In this document: positions 55,837 to 64,000 of the stretch, in pieces | How the letters are laid out: each line of letters opens with the position of its first letter | Numbering within the stretch: the first letter of the stretch is position 1 | NCBI GenBank assembly: GCA_028820845.1 | Contig: JAPPII010000061.1 | Span: 65,889-129,888, forward strand | Reading direction: 5' to 3' | Source: Candidatus Poribacteria bacterium | GTDB lineage: Bacteria > Poribacteria > WGA-4E > WGA-3G | DNA: 64,000 nucleotides | Made by a program: the position numbers and the translations under genes | The notes under the pieces: model-generated | Told to the model about the DNA's origin: nothing | Databases searched by the model: none | What the model saw: only the letters and a program-made list of their open reading frames with translations

Positions 55837-58284
55837 ATGGCTATTGAACACGCGGGTCCTTATGATGCATCGGCGATTCTGCCAGATGAAGCCCGCGCCA
55901 TTGAAATTTACGAGATTCAACTCGGTCGGGTACAAGCCGGCCAAGTCGAAGAGACTCTCTTTACCGAATTTAGACTTCGGCACGGGGTTTACGGACAACG
56001 CGATGACCGGTCACAGATGATCCGTGTTAAAATCCCTTTCGGTGGACTCACAGCGGTACAACTCGAAATGTTAGCGGATGTTGCCGAAGAATTCTCTGAC
56101 AATATCATCCATATTACCACCCGTCAAGATGTGCAATATCACTATGTGGACATCAACAACACGCCAGAACTGATGCGTCGTCTCGCGAGTGTTGATATTA
56201 CCACAAAAGAAGCGTGTGGTAATGTCGTGCGAAACGTCACAGCATGCCCGCTCAGTGGGGTCTGCCAAGATGAGACGTTTGATGTAACGCCTTACTCTAA
56301 GGCGTTATCGGCATTCCTTTTGGGTCACCCGGACGCTCAAGATTTCGGACGTAAGTTCAAAATCGCGTTTTCTGGATGTGAAGAACACGCTTGCGGCTTG
56401 GCGAATATGCACGACATCGGTGCGGTTGCTGCTGTTAAAGAGGTGGATGGTGAAGTCAAACGCGGCTTTAGGCTCTACGTCGGCGGTGGGCTCGGCGCAG
56501 TACCACATCAAGCGAAAATCTTTGATGATTTCGTTTCGGCAGAGGAACTCCTCCCGATTTCACAGTCAATTTGCAGGGTCTTCACCCGTTTAGGTGAACG
56601 CAGAAATCGAAATAAGGCACGACTGAAGTTCGTCATTGCCAAGTATGGTATCGAAGAATTCAAAAGACAGGTGCTTGAAGATCGGGCTACCCTACGCCAC
56701 GATCCAGCGTGGACAGCGTATCTGGACAACCTTGACGCTTACAAGGAAAGTCCGCTCAAGGCACCAACGCAACTCAACGGCACCACGAAACCGGATGGGT
56801 TTGAAGAGTGGTATCAATCTAATGTGCAGCTACAGAGTCAACCCGGGTACGCTTTTGTGACGATTACGCTGCCGCTTGGGGATATTACCGCAGATCAGAC
56901 GCGGGCTTTAGCAGACATTTCCCGGAGATACGTTAAAGACACTATCCGCGCCACAGTTGAGCAAAACATTGTTCTTCGCTGGATAACGATGACGGATTTG
57001 CCAGCACTCTATCGCGAACTGAGAGAAATCGGTCTCGGCGACCCCGGAGCAGAATCCATGGTTGATATTACTGCTTGTCCGGGTACTGACTCCTGCAAAC
57101 TCGGCGTCTCTTCTTCACGGGGGCTCGCAGCGCACCTGCGAAGCCATTTCATTGAAGCCGGTGTACAGAATGAAATCAAAGACTTTCGGATTAAGATTAG
57201 TGGGTGCCCCAATTCCTGTGGGCAGCATCACATCGCGAATATTGGCTTCTTCGGTTCATCTCGTCGGATGGGTGAACATATCGCTCCCTTCTATCAGGTA
57301 CTGCTCGGTGGACACATGATTGAGAACGCCAGTTCCTATGGACTTGCCACTGGAAAAATCCATGGCAGATATATCCCAGCGTTTATTGAGGAGTTAACCG
57401 GTAAGTACACGGAAGAGCGAAATGAGGAAGAATCCTTTACCGATTACGTCGCACGGCTCGGTAAGGCGGAAATCAAGCAGATCTTGTCCAAGTACGATAA
57501 GATTCCTACTTATGAGGAAGCACCGGAATTCTATGTAGACACTGGCGATACGAAGGATTACCAGCTCAAAACTGGGGTCGGTGAGTGTGCAGGAGAGGTC
57601 GTCGCACTTGTCTCCATGAAGTTAGAAGAAGCAGATCGGCTTATCTATGAATCTGGCTTGAGTTTGGAGAAGGGCGAATATCAGGATTCCGCAGGGATGG
57701 CTTTTGATGCAATGATAAGAGCCGCAGACGGACTCTTGACGACGGTAGGTTTACAGTATATTGACAATGCCACTACCGTCAACGAATTCCGCACGCACTT
57801 CTTTGAATCGGGTAACTTCTTCCCAGGCTACGGCGCGCATATCTTCAAGGCAACGGAAGAGGATAGCTCTACGTTTGATCACGAATTAGCACACCGTCGC
57901 GTTGAAGAATCCACCCTCTTCGTTGAAGAATCGCATAACGTCTATAATCGCATGCGCATCAAGCAGGAGGAAGAGGAGGCGAGTCGAAAGAAAGCGCGGC
58001 GTTCGCGGCGCACAGCACGGAAACCAAGGGTTGTCAGAAAGGCGAAACCCGTTGAGGAGATCGTTGATAGTCTCGATCTCAAGGGAGTCGCTTGCCCGTT
58101 CAACTATGTCCAAGCAAAAATCCGTTTGGAGACGATGGATCTCGGTCAGCTCCTCGAGATTACCATTGATGATGGTGAACCGATTGAGAATGTGCCAGTG
58201 AGTCTCACCAACGATGGGCATGAGGTCGTTGACACCAAGAAGGTTGGAAAGCACTATCGGCTTACGATTCGGAAGGGTGAGTAA
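55837..58284 (+). CDS. sir: ferredoxin-type sulfite/nitrite reductase hemoprotein fused to a helical domain, a basic linker and a C-terminal TusA/SirA-like domain
   Basis: 815 aa ORF with two NIR_SIR repeats and siroheme/4Fe-4S ligands CPGTDSC...CPNSCGQH. The linker is RKKARRSRRTARKPRVVRKAKP, and the C-terminus is LDLKGVACPFNYVQAKIRLE... Confidence 0.8.
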   Translation: MAIEHAGPYDASAILPDEARAIEIYEIQLGRVQAGQVEETLFTEFRLRHGVYGQRDDRSQMIRVKIPFGGLTAVQLEMLADVAEEFSDNIIHITTRQDVQYHYVDINNTPELMRRLASVDITTKEACGNVVRNVTACPLSGVCQDETFDVTPYSKALSAFLLGHPDAQDFGRKFKIAFSGCEEHACGLANMHDIGAVAAVKEVDGEVKRGFRLYVGGGLGAVPHQAKIFDDFVSAEELLPISQSICRVFTRLGERRNRNKARLKFVIAKYGIEEFKRQVLEDRATLRHDPAWTAYLDNLDAYKESPLKAPTQLNGTTKPDGFEEWYQSNVQLQSQPGYAFVTITLPLGDITADQTRALADISRRYVKDTIRATVEQNIVLRWITMTDLPALYRELREIGLGDPGAESMVDITACPGTDSCKLGVSSSRGLAAHLRSHFIEAGVQNEIKDFRIKISGCPNSCGQHHIANIGFFGSSRRMGEHIAPFYQVLLGGHMIENASSYGLATGKIHGRYIPAFIEELTGKYTEERNEEESFTDYVARLGKAEIKQILSKYDKIPTYEEAPEFYVDTGDTKDYQLKTGVGECAGEVVALVSMKLEEADRLIYESGLSLEKGEYQDSAGMAFDAMIRAADGLLTTVGLQYIDNATTVNEFRTHFFESGNFFPGYGAHIFKATEEDSSTFDHELAHRRVEESTLFVEESHNVYNRMRIKQEEEEASRKKARRSRRTARKPRVVRKAKPVEEIVDSLDLKGVACPFNYVQAKIRLETMDLGQLLEITIDDGEPIENVPVSLTNDGHEVVDTKKVGKHYRLTIRKGE

Positions 58285-58305
58285 AGTGCGATGTATTTTT
58301 TCTTT

Positions 58306-58336
58306 TATAGGGGCAGGCTTAAAATCTGCCCCTATA
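58306..58336 (+). terminator. 11 bp hairpin after sir
   Basis: TATAGGGGCAG / CTGCCCCTATA with a 9 nt loop. The trailing U-tract is poor. Confidence 0.35.
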
Positions 58337-58420
58337 AGTTGTTACTGCCTCGAAAAAGATAAGTAGACGCATCGCGATAATCAAGCCAACAGAAACAAGT
58401 TTATCTAACAGAGTGAATGT

Positions 58421-58912
58421 GTGCAGACCGTTCTTCGCAACTGGAAAATCTATCTTGATACATGTTGCTTAAATCGTCTTTTTGATGATCAGACACAAGT
58501 GAGAATTCGCCAAGAAACTGAAGCTGTTAAGATAATTCTCGCCCGATTCTTTACGACGCAGTGGAAATGGGTTATTAGCACGGTGCTGGTGAATGAAGTC
58601 CGTAAAACGCCTAATAAAACATTACGTGCTGAAATGGAAATCTTGTTGGATCTTGCAGACCAAAATATCACGGTTGGGGCAATAGAAACAGCGAGGGCAG
58701 CACATCTTGAATCGTTGGGATTTAAGTGGTTAGATGCTTTGCATATCGCTTGTGCTGAAAGTGGCGAGGCGGATATTCTTCTAACAACAGATGATCGGAT
58801 GCTTAGAAGGGCGAAACGCTCTTATTTACAACTTCGGGTCCGTGTTGAAAACCCTTATGTGTGGTTCCAGGAGGTCAGTGAACATGAACATACAAGTTTT
58901 GTTAGAGGATGA
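58421..58912 (+). CDS. PIN-domain protein (VapC-like ribonuclease)
   Basis: 163 aa ORF with a GTG start. The acidic residues sit in PIN-type positions (YLDTCCLN, QETEA, LDALHIA, LLTTDD). Confidence 0.65.
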   Translation: MQTVLRNWKIYLDTCCLNRLFDDQTQVRIRQETEAVKIILARFFTTQWKWVISTVLVNEVRKTPNKTLRAEMEILLDLADQNITVGAIETARAAHLESLGFKWLDALHIACAESGEADILLTTDDRMLRRAKRSYLQLRVRVENPYVWFQEVSEHEHTSFVRG

Positions 58913-59090
58913 GATGGAAGAACTTCGTCGTCGGAATCCGGATGTTCATGCCCTTTTAGAAAAAATATTTCAGCACAAGGACGGAAAAGGTGATTATTCT
59001 GTCGAACGGCATAAATGGATGGAAACGCTTGATAAGGAAACATTTCTGAACGAAGTCCGTCAACTTGCAAAGGACAAGAAAACGAAGTGA
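58884..59090 (+). CDS. small hypothetical protein overlapping the 3' end of the PIN gene (possible cognate partner)
   Basis: The ATG at 58884 has GGAGG 8 nt upstream. The product is 68 aa, charged and helical (MNIQVLLEDEMEELRRRNPDV...). Confidence 0.4.
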   Translation: MNIQVLLEDEMEELRRRNPDVHALLEKIFQHKDGKGDYSVERHKWMETLDKETFLNEVRQLAKDKKTK

Positions 59091-59248
59091 AAGGTATTAT
59101 ATCAGGACTAAGTTTCACACAAAAGCGATTGCCGCACGCGCCCAAAACGGGCAAGCAGGCATTCGCTGGAACTAAAATATCGCGGCAAAGTCCGCGCCCA
59201 CAAAAAAGCCCTTCGGGGCGTTATGTTTATAGGGAATTTTTTAACAGA

Positions 59249-59827
59249 ATGGATCTACAACAGATTAATGTCAAGGTTTTTACAACCGAAGAGAGCGAAA
59301 TTAACTACACGAACTTCATCAAGGTCTTTAACCGCTGGATGGAGGAGGCTGATTCGGACGATTACCTGAACTACGCCGATTATTCACACGTTGATGCGGG
59401 ACCAGGTGTGCTGTTGATTTTGAAACAAGCCAACTACAGTATCGACAATGCTTACCATCAGCATGGATTTCTCTACAATCGGAAACACGCAATCGAAGGG
59501 GATAACGCTGAAAAGATTCGTCAGGCACTCGCAGAGGTGCTCTCTAAATGTGAGGCGCTTGAAGCAGCGGCGGAGCTGGAAGATGCCGTGCATTTCAACG
59601 GCGCAGACCTGCTGTTTATGATAAATAACCGCCATGTTGCGCCGAATACATCGGAAATCGCAGCTGCTATTCAAACAGAACTCACACCTGTCCTTGAGCA
59701 GATGTATGGTGGCGACGACTTTACGGTGGAACGTACCTCCGAAGATCCACGCGAACGGTTTGCCTTACGCATCTCCGCAAATTCGGATAAACCGATTTCA
59801 GAACTCCTCGCCAATCTGGGGGACTAA
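59249..59827 (+). CDS. hypothetical protein
   Basis: The internal ATG at 59249 (MDLQQINVKVFTTEE...) gives 192 aa. The N-terminal extension in the track ORF is Pro/Lys-rich and looks non-coding. Confidence 0.45.
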   Translation: MDLQQINVKVFTTEESEINYTNFIKVFNRWMEEADSDDYLNYADYSHVDAGPGVLLILKQANYSIDNAYHQHGFLYNRKHAIEGDNAEKIRQALAEVLSKCEALEAAAELEDAVHFNGADLLFMINNRHVAPNTSEIAAAIQTELTPVLEQMYGGDDFTVERTSEDPRERFALRISANSDKPISELLANLGD

Positions 59828-59832
59828 GAGAT

Positions 59833-60639
59833 ATGTTTAATTTCAGCAACGAACAGATTGAACGCTACAGCCGACATATCATCCTCAAAGAGGTCGGCGG
59901 GATGGGGCAGACGCGGCTCCTCGAATCGAAAGTGCTGCTCATTGGTGCGGGTGGGCTCGGTTCTCCTGTTGGGGTCTATCTTGCTGCTGCCGGTGTCGGC
60001 ACGCTCGGCATCATTGATGATGATGTCGTTGACCTCAGCAACTTGCAACGCCAGATTTTACACGGTACCAGTGACATCGGTGTTCCGAAGACGAAATCCG
60101 CAGAAGCCACTATCACGGAGATGAATCCCGATGTTAAGGTGATACCCTACAACGAGCGCATTACCTCAGAAAACGCCTTCCGAATTCTGGAGCAATACGA
60201 TCTGATTGTGGATGGATGCGACAACCTCCCGACGCGCTACCTCCTCAACGATGCCTCCGTTATGTTAGGTAAACCGATTGTGCACGGAAGTATCTTCCAG
60301 TTTGAAGGACAGGTCACCGTTCTATATCCGGGTAAGGGACCGTGTTATCGATGCCTCTATCCCGAACCGCCGCCACCGGGGATGGTACCGAGCTGTCAGG
60401 AAGCCGGTGTCTTTGGTGTGTTGCCGGGCATTATCGGCACGATCCAAGCCGTTGAAGCGATTAAAGTTCTCTTGGACATCGGCGAACCCTTAATCGGAAG
60501 CCTTCTGCTTTTCAACGCGCTCACGATGGATTTCAAACGGTTGAAACTCCGTCAAGATGACGGTTGTCCGATGTGCGGTGAAAATCCCACAATCCACGAG
60601 TTAATTGATTATGAGGAATTCTGTCAAGTGCGATGGTAG
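59833..60639 (+). CDS. moeB: ThiF/MoeB/HesA-family adenylyltransferase (E1-like), no rhodanese domain
   Basis: 268 aa ORF with RYSRHIIL, GAGGLGSP, DDDVVDLSNLQRQ, and the Zn-binding CxxC pairs (CYRC, CPMC). Confidence 0.85.
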   Translation: MFNFSNEQIERYSRHIILKEVGGMGQTRLLESKVLLIGAGGLGSPVGVYLAAAGVGTLGIIDDDVVDLSNLQRQILHGTSDIGVPKTKSAEATITEMNPDVKVIPYNERITSENAFRILEQYDLIVDGCDNLPTRYLLNDASVMLGKPIVHGSIFQFEGQVTVLYPGKGPCYRCLYPEPPPPGMVPSCQEAGVFGVLPGIIGTIQAVEAIKVLLDIGEPLIGSLLLFNALTMDFKRLKLRQDDGCPMCGENPTIHELIDYEEFCQVRW

Positions 60640-60665
60640 GTGCTGGGCAACTCGAAAAATCGCAG

Positions 60666-60796
60666 CTAGTGTTCTGTCAACTTTCAAATGATGGGAAACC
60701 CCAGTTCGTAGTAGTGCGATTTATCGCACGTCAGAAACGGGCAATGAATTGCCCTACTACGAACGACCTGTCAGTTTAGATGTGACAGACTACTAG
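60666..60796 (+). mobile_element. MITE-like structured repeat, copy 2
   Basis: CTAGTGTTCTGTCA...TGACAGACTACTAG with internal hairpins GTGCGAT/ATCGCAC and GGGCAA/TTGCCC, enclosed by TTCGTAGTAG/CTACTACGAA. Confidence 0.55.
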
Positions 60797-60813
60797 TGGC
60801 TGGGGACAGGGCA

Positions 60814-61221
60814 ATGGATTTCAATTTTCTACTGCGTGGCATTTTCACTGCTTTAGTGGGTGTGGTTTGCTATTATCTCATAGAGGTGTACAGAGAGCTT
60901 AAGGTTATTAGAAAACGTTTAGGAGAGATTGAGAAGCATCTTGAACGCACTCATGCGGCAGAAACTGAATTGGTGGGCTCGTCCTTTTCTGATGGCACAA
61001 AGTTTGATATACACCTCAAAGATTTCGGTGCTTCAAAAATCCATATCGTTAAAGAGGTTCGCGCCATTACCGGACTTGGACTGCGAGAAACAAAGGAACT
61101 GGTTGAATCTGCTCCAGTCATTATTCGAAAGAGAGTAAAACGCGAAAACGCTGAAAACGCGAAGAAGCGATTAGAGACCCTTGGTGCTGTTGTGGAAATT
61201 GCCCCAACACAACTTGTATAG
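60814..61221 (+). CDS. membrane-anchored protein carrying a ribosomal L7/L12 C-terminal domain
   Basis: The ATG at 60814 gives MDFNFLLRGIFTALVGVVCYYLIEVY (a TM segment) followed by a coiled segment. Then comes KIHIVKEVRAITGLGLRETKELVESAPVIIRKRVKRENAENAKKRLETLGAVVEI, which matches the L7/L12 CTD consensus (K..VIK.VR..TGLGLKEAK.LVE.AP..........A...K..LE..GA.VE). Confidence 0.65.
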   Translation: MDFNFLLRGIFTALVGVVCYYLIEVYRELKVIRKRLGEIEKHLERTHAAETELVGSSFSDGTKFDIHLKDFGASKIHIVKEVRAITGLGLRETKELVESAPVIIRKRVKRENAENAKKRLETLGAVVEIAPTQLV

Positions 61222-61273
61222 ACGGAAGTATCCAGAGTAGGAATGAGATTCTTTTGCTAAAGAAGATACCGAT

Positions 61274-63417
61274 TCATTTCCGAATCAACATCCGCCGAGT
61301 CGCTGCAAATTCACCTGCTGTCAGAGTATAAAAATAGAGACCACTTACTACAGGTTCACCGAGTGCATTTTTACCGTCCCAATATGCGGCACTACTACGG
61401 CTCACATAACTCCCCGCATTCCGATGTCCCAAATCTAAATGTCTAACGACCTGTCCATCCACAGTATGGATGGTAATCACAACATCCGCAGGCTTCCCAA
61501 GGTGATAAGGTATCCATGTCTCTGGATTGAACGGATTCGGGTAGTTTTCCAGAAGCAGCGTTTTTGTAGGAACCGCAGCACCGAATAACAAGTTAAGTAC
61601 CGCAATACCTCTATCTACAACCGTATTAGATAGAATAGCATAAGCCTTCTGCCAGGCTGCGCTGTTCAAAATGGATCGTTGCGTGTTTAGCAGTGCTAGA
61701 GCTCCGTTGACTGGTGGCATATCTTGTGTAATCAGGAGAATATCGTCGATATCAACGATACCATCCCTATTGACACCGGATTCGGATTCGGATTACCGGT
61801 AATCTTTTCGCCGTATCTGGATGCGACAATCACCAGATCGACTATATTCACAAATCCATCGTTATTGACGTCTGAGTAGTTGTTGTCAACTTCAATAACG
61901 GATGGCTCGCGATGCAATAACCGCGCATTTGCAAAAATAAAATGATCACATCCATCACCATCACCGGCATCCGTTACATTAATAGTGAGCGTTTGCGCAT
62001 TCTCAGGGATATCGAATGATATGTGAGTGTTTCTTGCTTGATTACCTCTCCATACACCGGAATTATAAATCTCCACATCGTCTGCAAGGCATATAAGTTC
62101 AACAGAAGCAATACTTCCACATGGGTTTGGCATGTCGAAGTAAGCGTCAAATTTCGTATAGTTCTGATCGCCGAGATCGTAAACGATACGGCTTACAGCA
62201 TGTGAATAGAAAAAGTAGTCCCATTCATCGTAAAATTGTATGGATCTCTCAGGATCCATGAAACTGTTGGGTCGCCTGGGAACCAGACCATCAGGTGTTT
62301 TCTCCCACACCAATTTTTCTCTCCACCCCGCCCACTCTGTTGGGTTATTTACTGGGACAAGGGCATCTGGATTATCGTAATTGAGCGTCAAATACGTTTT
62401 TGTGCTGTTTGTATTGATTGTTTTTGTTTCGGCTGTTTCCGTTGCATTGAGAGTCCAACTTTTTCCTGATATATTTCCGTTTTGGTCAACAACACGGATA
62501 TAGATGTTATTAACTGGAGCTATTGTTGCCCCGGTTGGCATATCAAATTCAACAGTTGTGTTTTGTGTATTGTTAAAACTTTGGCAACTTATTAGACTTA
62601 TTGCTTCACGAGGAACAGAAAGTAAAAATTGAACTTGATGGATGCCATTCGTATCCCTAACATTGAACCGAAGCGTCCAGTTTTTTTCATTGGCTGGATA
62701 AGTCGGTGGCGTTAGCATTTGAATTGTAGCCAATGCGTTTGCAGTATTACCGGCATTTCCATCCCAATTGAAAAATGGATTTACACTCAACATTGACGCT
62801 GCACACACTGATAACTTTTCTCGTGCAGCACCGTAGGACATAATATAGGATTCATCACGGAAATCATGTTCTAAGTTTAAGGCGTGCCCAAGCTCATGTG
62901 CTATCAGATCCACACCATGATTACCTTGGACACAATCTCCAGTTGCCGGAATCATCACGGGACCGCCATCAAACCGTGCTATACCACAATTCCCTTGTAT
63001 CCGTTCTGTGCTGATATCTGCAATAACGATATAGATATCTTTACCCATATCGAACTGGGTCCCAACTTCTTCAGTAATTTTATTCAGAGCGTCTGTATGA
63101 TAATATGGGTCATCAAATTTTCCAGTGGCAGGATGTACGACCAATTTTCCGTTGGTATCAGTTTCGAGGTTGAAAGTTTTTCTGCCGTGTCCATGTGCTT
63201 CCATCTGCTCAGCGTAGAAGCGTTGCACTGCTTTTATTTGCGTGTTCAGTATGATGGGTATATTCCATTGAAATGGGCGGTCATGTGGCACGAAGTATAC
63301 GACTTTCACCATGCGTTCCGCTGCTGCGTGAACATCTACAACGGTAACGGTAAACTTGGAGAGTGAGAGTAGTAAAATAAAAATTAAGCTGCTATAACGA
63401 AATGGTGTGATCATCAA
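61274..63417 (-). pseudogene. secreted metzincin-like protease - NPCBM-like - dockerin - FlgD/T9SS-type sorting-domain protein, split by a 1 nt frameshift in the dockerin
   Basis: ORF 61732..63417 has a signal peptide, HELGHALNLEHD, an NPCBM-like module and dockerin repeat 1 (DVNNDGFVNIVDL). After NPNPNP the frame breaks. The next frame reads VNRDGIVDIDDILL (dockerin repeat 2) straight into ORF 61274..61720, which ends in a LENYPNPFNPETW...FlgD-like sorting domain. Confidence 0.6.
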
Positions 63418-63577
63418 AATTTTGGGCTGGAGCCCTTGCCCTTAAAAGCGTGTTCTAATGCGCGTCTAGCATTTGCAAAGCCTATAGAAAACTGTTTTGT
63501 TCTATGCAGGAAACGTTTAGCGACGCTATGCGCAAGTCCCGACTTTAGGCCGGAGTAGTTGACTGTGTTCTTATTAT

Positions 63578-64000
63578 TTATCGACTGAGACTAAGGAGTA
63601 AGTATTTCGGTTTAGTGAGTTCATCTGTGGCCTCGCTTCGTTCGGTGACTTCTTGAATCTCAGCTGTGTATTTTAGATTTAGTGTTATGTTGTCCGCAGT
63701 TTCAAGGACTTCGTCTGCAATATCTCCAGTATACGTTTTTTCTACAGTTTTTATTTCAAATCTATTGGTTCTAAGGGAGGCGGCAATTAAAGTGCCGGTG
63801 ATAATAAGCCTTGAAGGTGCTTCTTCTTGAAATTTTTCAAGAATTTCAATTACCGCTTCCATTTGAGAGTTGGATAAGTAGGCTGTTCCACCGCGCTCTG
63901 GATTTGGTGATCTCCATGTGAATTTGGTATCTATTACGGATTCACTAAGTGATTTGAGGAAATTGGTGTAGTCCTTAGTTACTCTTAATTTAAGTTGTCC
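63578..64000 (-). CDS. hypothetical protein, C-terminal part; the reading frame stays open to the right edge
   Basis: The track ORF starts at Met 63862. The same frame has no stop up to position 64000 (…GQLKLRVTKDYTNFLKSLSESVIDTKFTWRSPNPERGGTAYLSNSQ-M…), so the gene probably starts outside the window. Confidence 0.4.
   Translation of the reverse strand, partial: GQLKLRVTKDYTNFLKSLSESVIDTKFTWRSPNPERGGTAYLSNSQMEAVIEILEKFQEEAPSRLIITGTLIAASLRTNRFEIKTVEKTYTGDIADEVLETADNITLNLKYTAEIQEVTERSEATDELTKPKYLLLSLSR

Overview
This 64 kb window is gene-dense bacterial chromosome at roughly mid-40s %GC. I recognised no rRNA, tRNA, CRISPR array, transposase, integrase or prophage genes. The source organism cannot be determined from the window. 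The gene content is what one sees in uncultivated FCB/PVC-type heterotrophs (inference only): a FlgD-like/T9SS-type C-terminal sorting domain, a dockerin, several Gfo/Idh/MocA, xylose-isomerase-like TIM-barrel and PhyH genes, a BMC shell protein, and TPR and vWA proteins.

Gene order, left to right:
- lpdA (partial), ggt, and a ~1500 aa ferredoxin-type glutamate synthase.
- A minus-strand envelope block: a giant lipoprotein beta-barrel, ExbB, ExbD and ExbD with no TonB. It is preceded by a 4-gene operon: a Tyr/Arg/Ser-rich secreted protein, a PGWGQ membrane protein, an NTF2-like lipoprotein and a Wzz-like protein.
- A 3-gene microcompartment mini-operon: BMC-H, PduL and a flavoprotein-like protein.
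- TPR, metallophosphoesterase, MA-peptidase and MsrP genes.
- A ~12 kb copper/silver-type efflux island: a Cys-rich ORF, an outer-membrane barrel whose signal peptide is joined through an in-frame UGA, a YHS protein, two tandem TolC genes, CusB with five heavy-metal-binding modules, and an enlarged CusA.
- A block of secreted vWA, prenyltransferase-repeat and FMN_bind-like proteins.
- A Zn-ADH and a CoxE-type VWA protein.
- Two paralogous single-chain MNT-HEPN genes (one frameshifted) flanking a 643 aa polytopic membrane protein. The spacer between them holds a perfect sigma70 consensus promoter and a 34-codon ORF.
- E1-alpha, SRAP and SDR genes, a sugar-type oxidoreductase cluster, a sulfite reductase-TusA fusion, a PIN gene and MoeB.
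- A membrane-anchored L7/L12 C-terminal-domain paralog, a frameshifted metzincin-NPCBM-dockerin-sorting-domain gene, and a partial ORF at the right edge.

Non-coding structure includes a ~135 nt highly structured MITE-like element in two inverted copies, GTAG-headed REP-like hairpins, heptanucleotide tandem repeats, and several long 5' leaders behind near-consensus promoters.

My best candidates for something new are the CxxU/UGA outer-membrane protein in the metal island, the TonB-less OMP-ExbBDD operon, the minimal BMC operon, and the MNT-HEPN/membrane-protein module.

All functional calls rest on motif recognition in the supplied translations, with no database searches. Hand-placed coordinates may be off by 1-2 nt.
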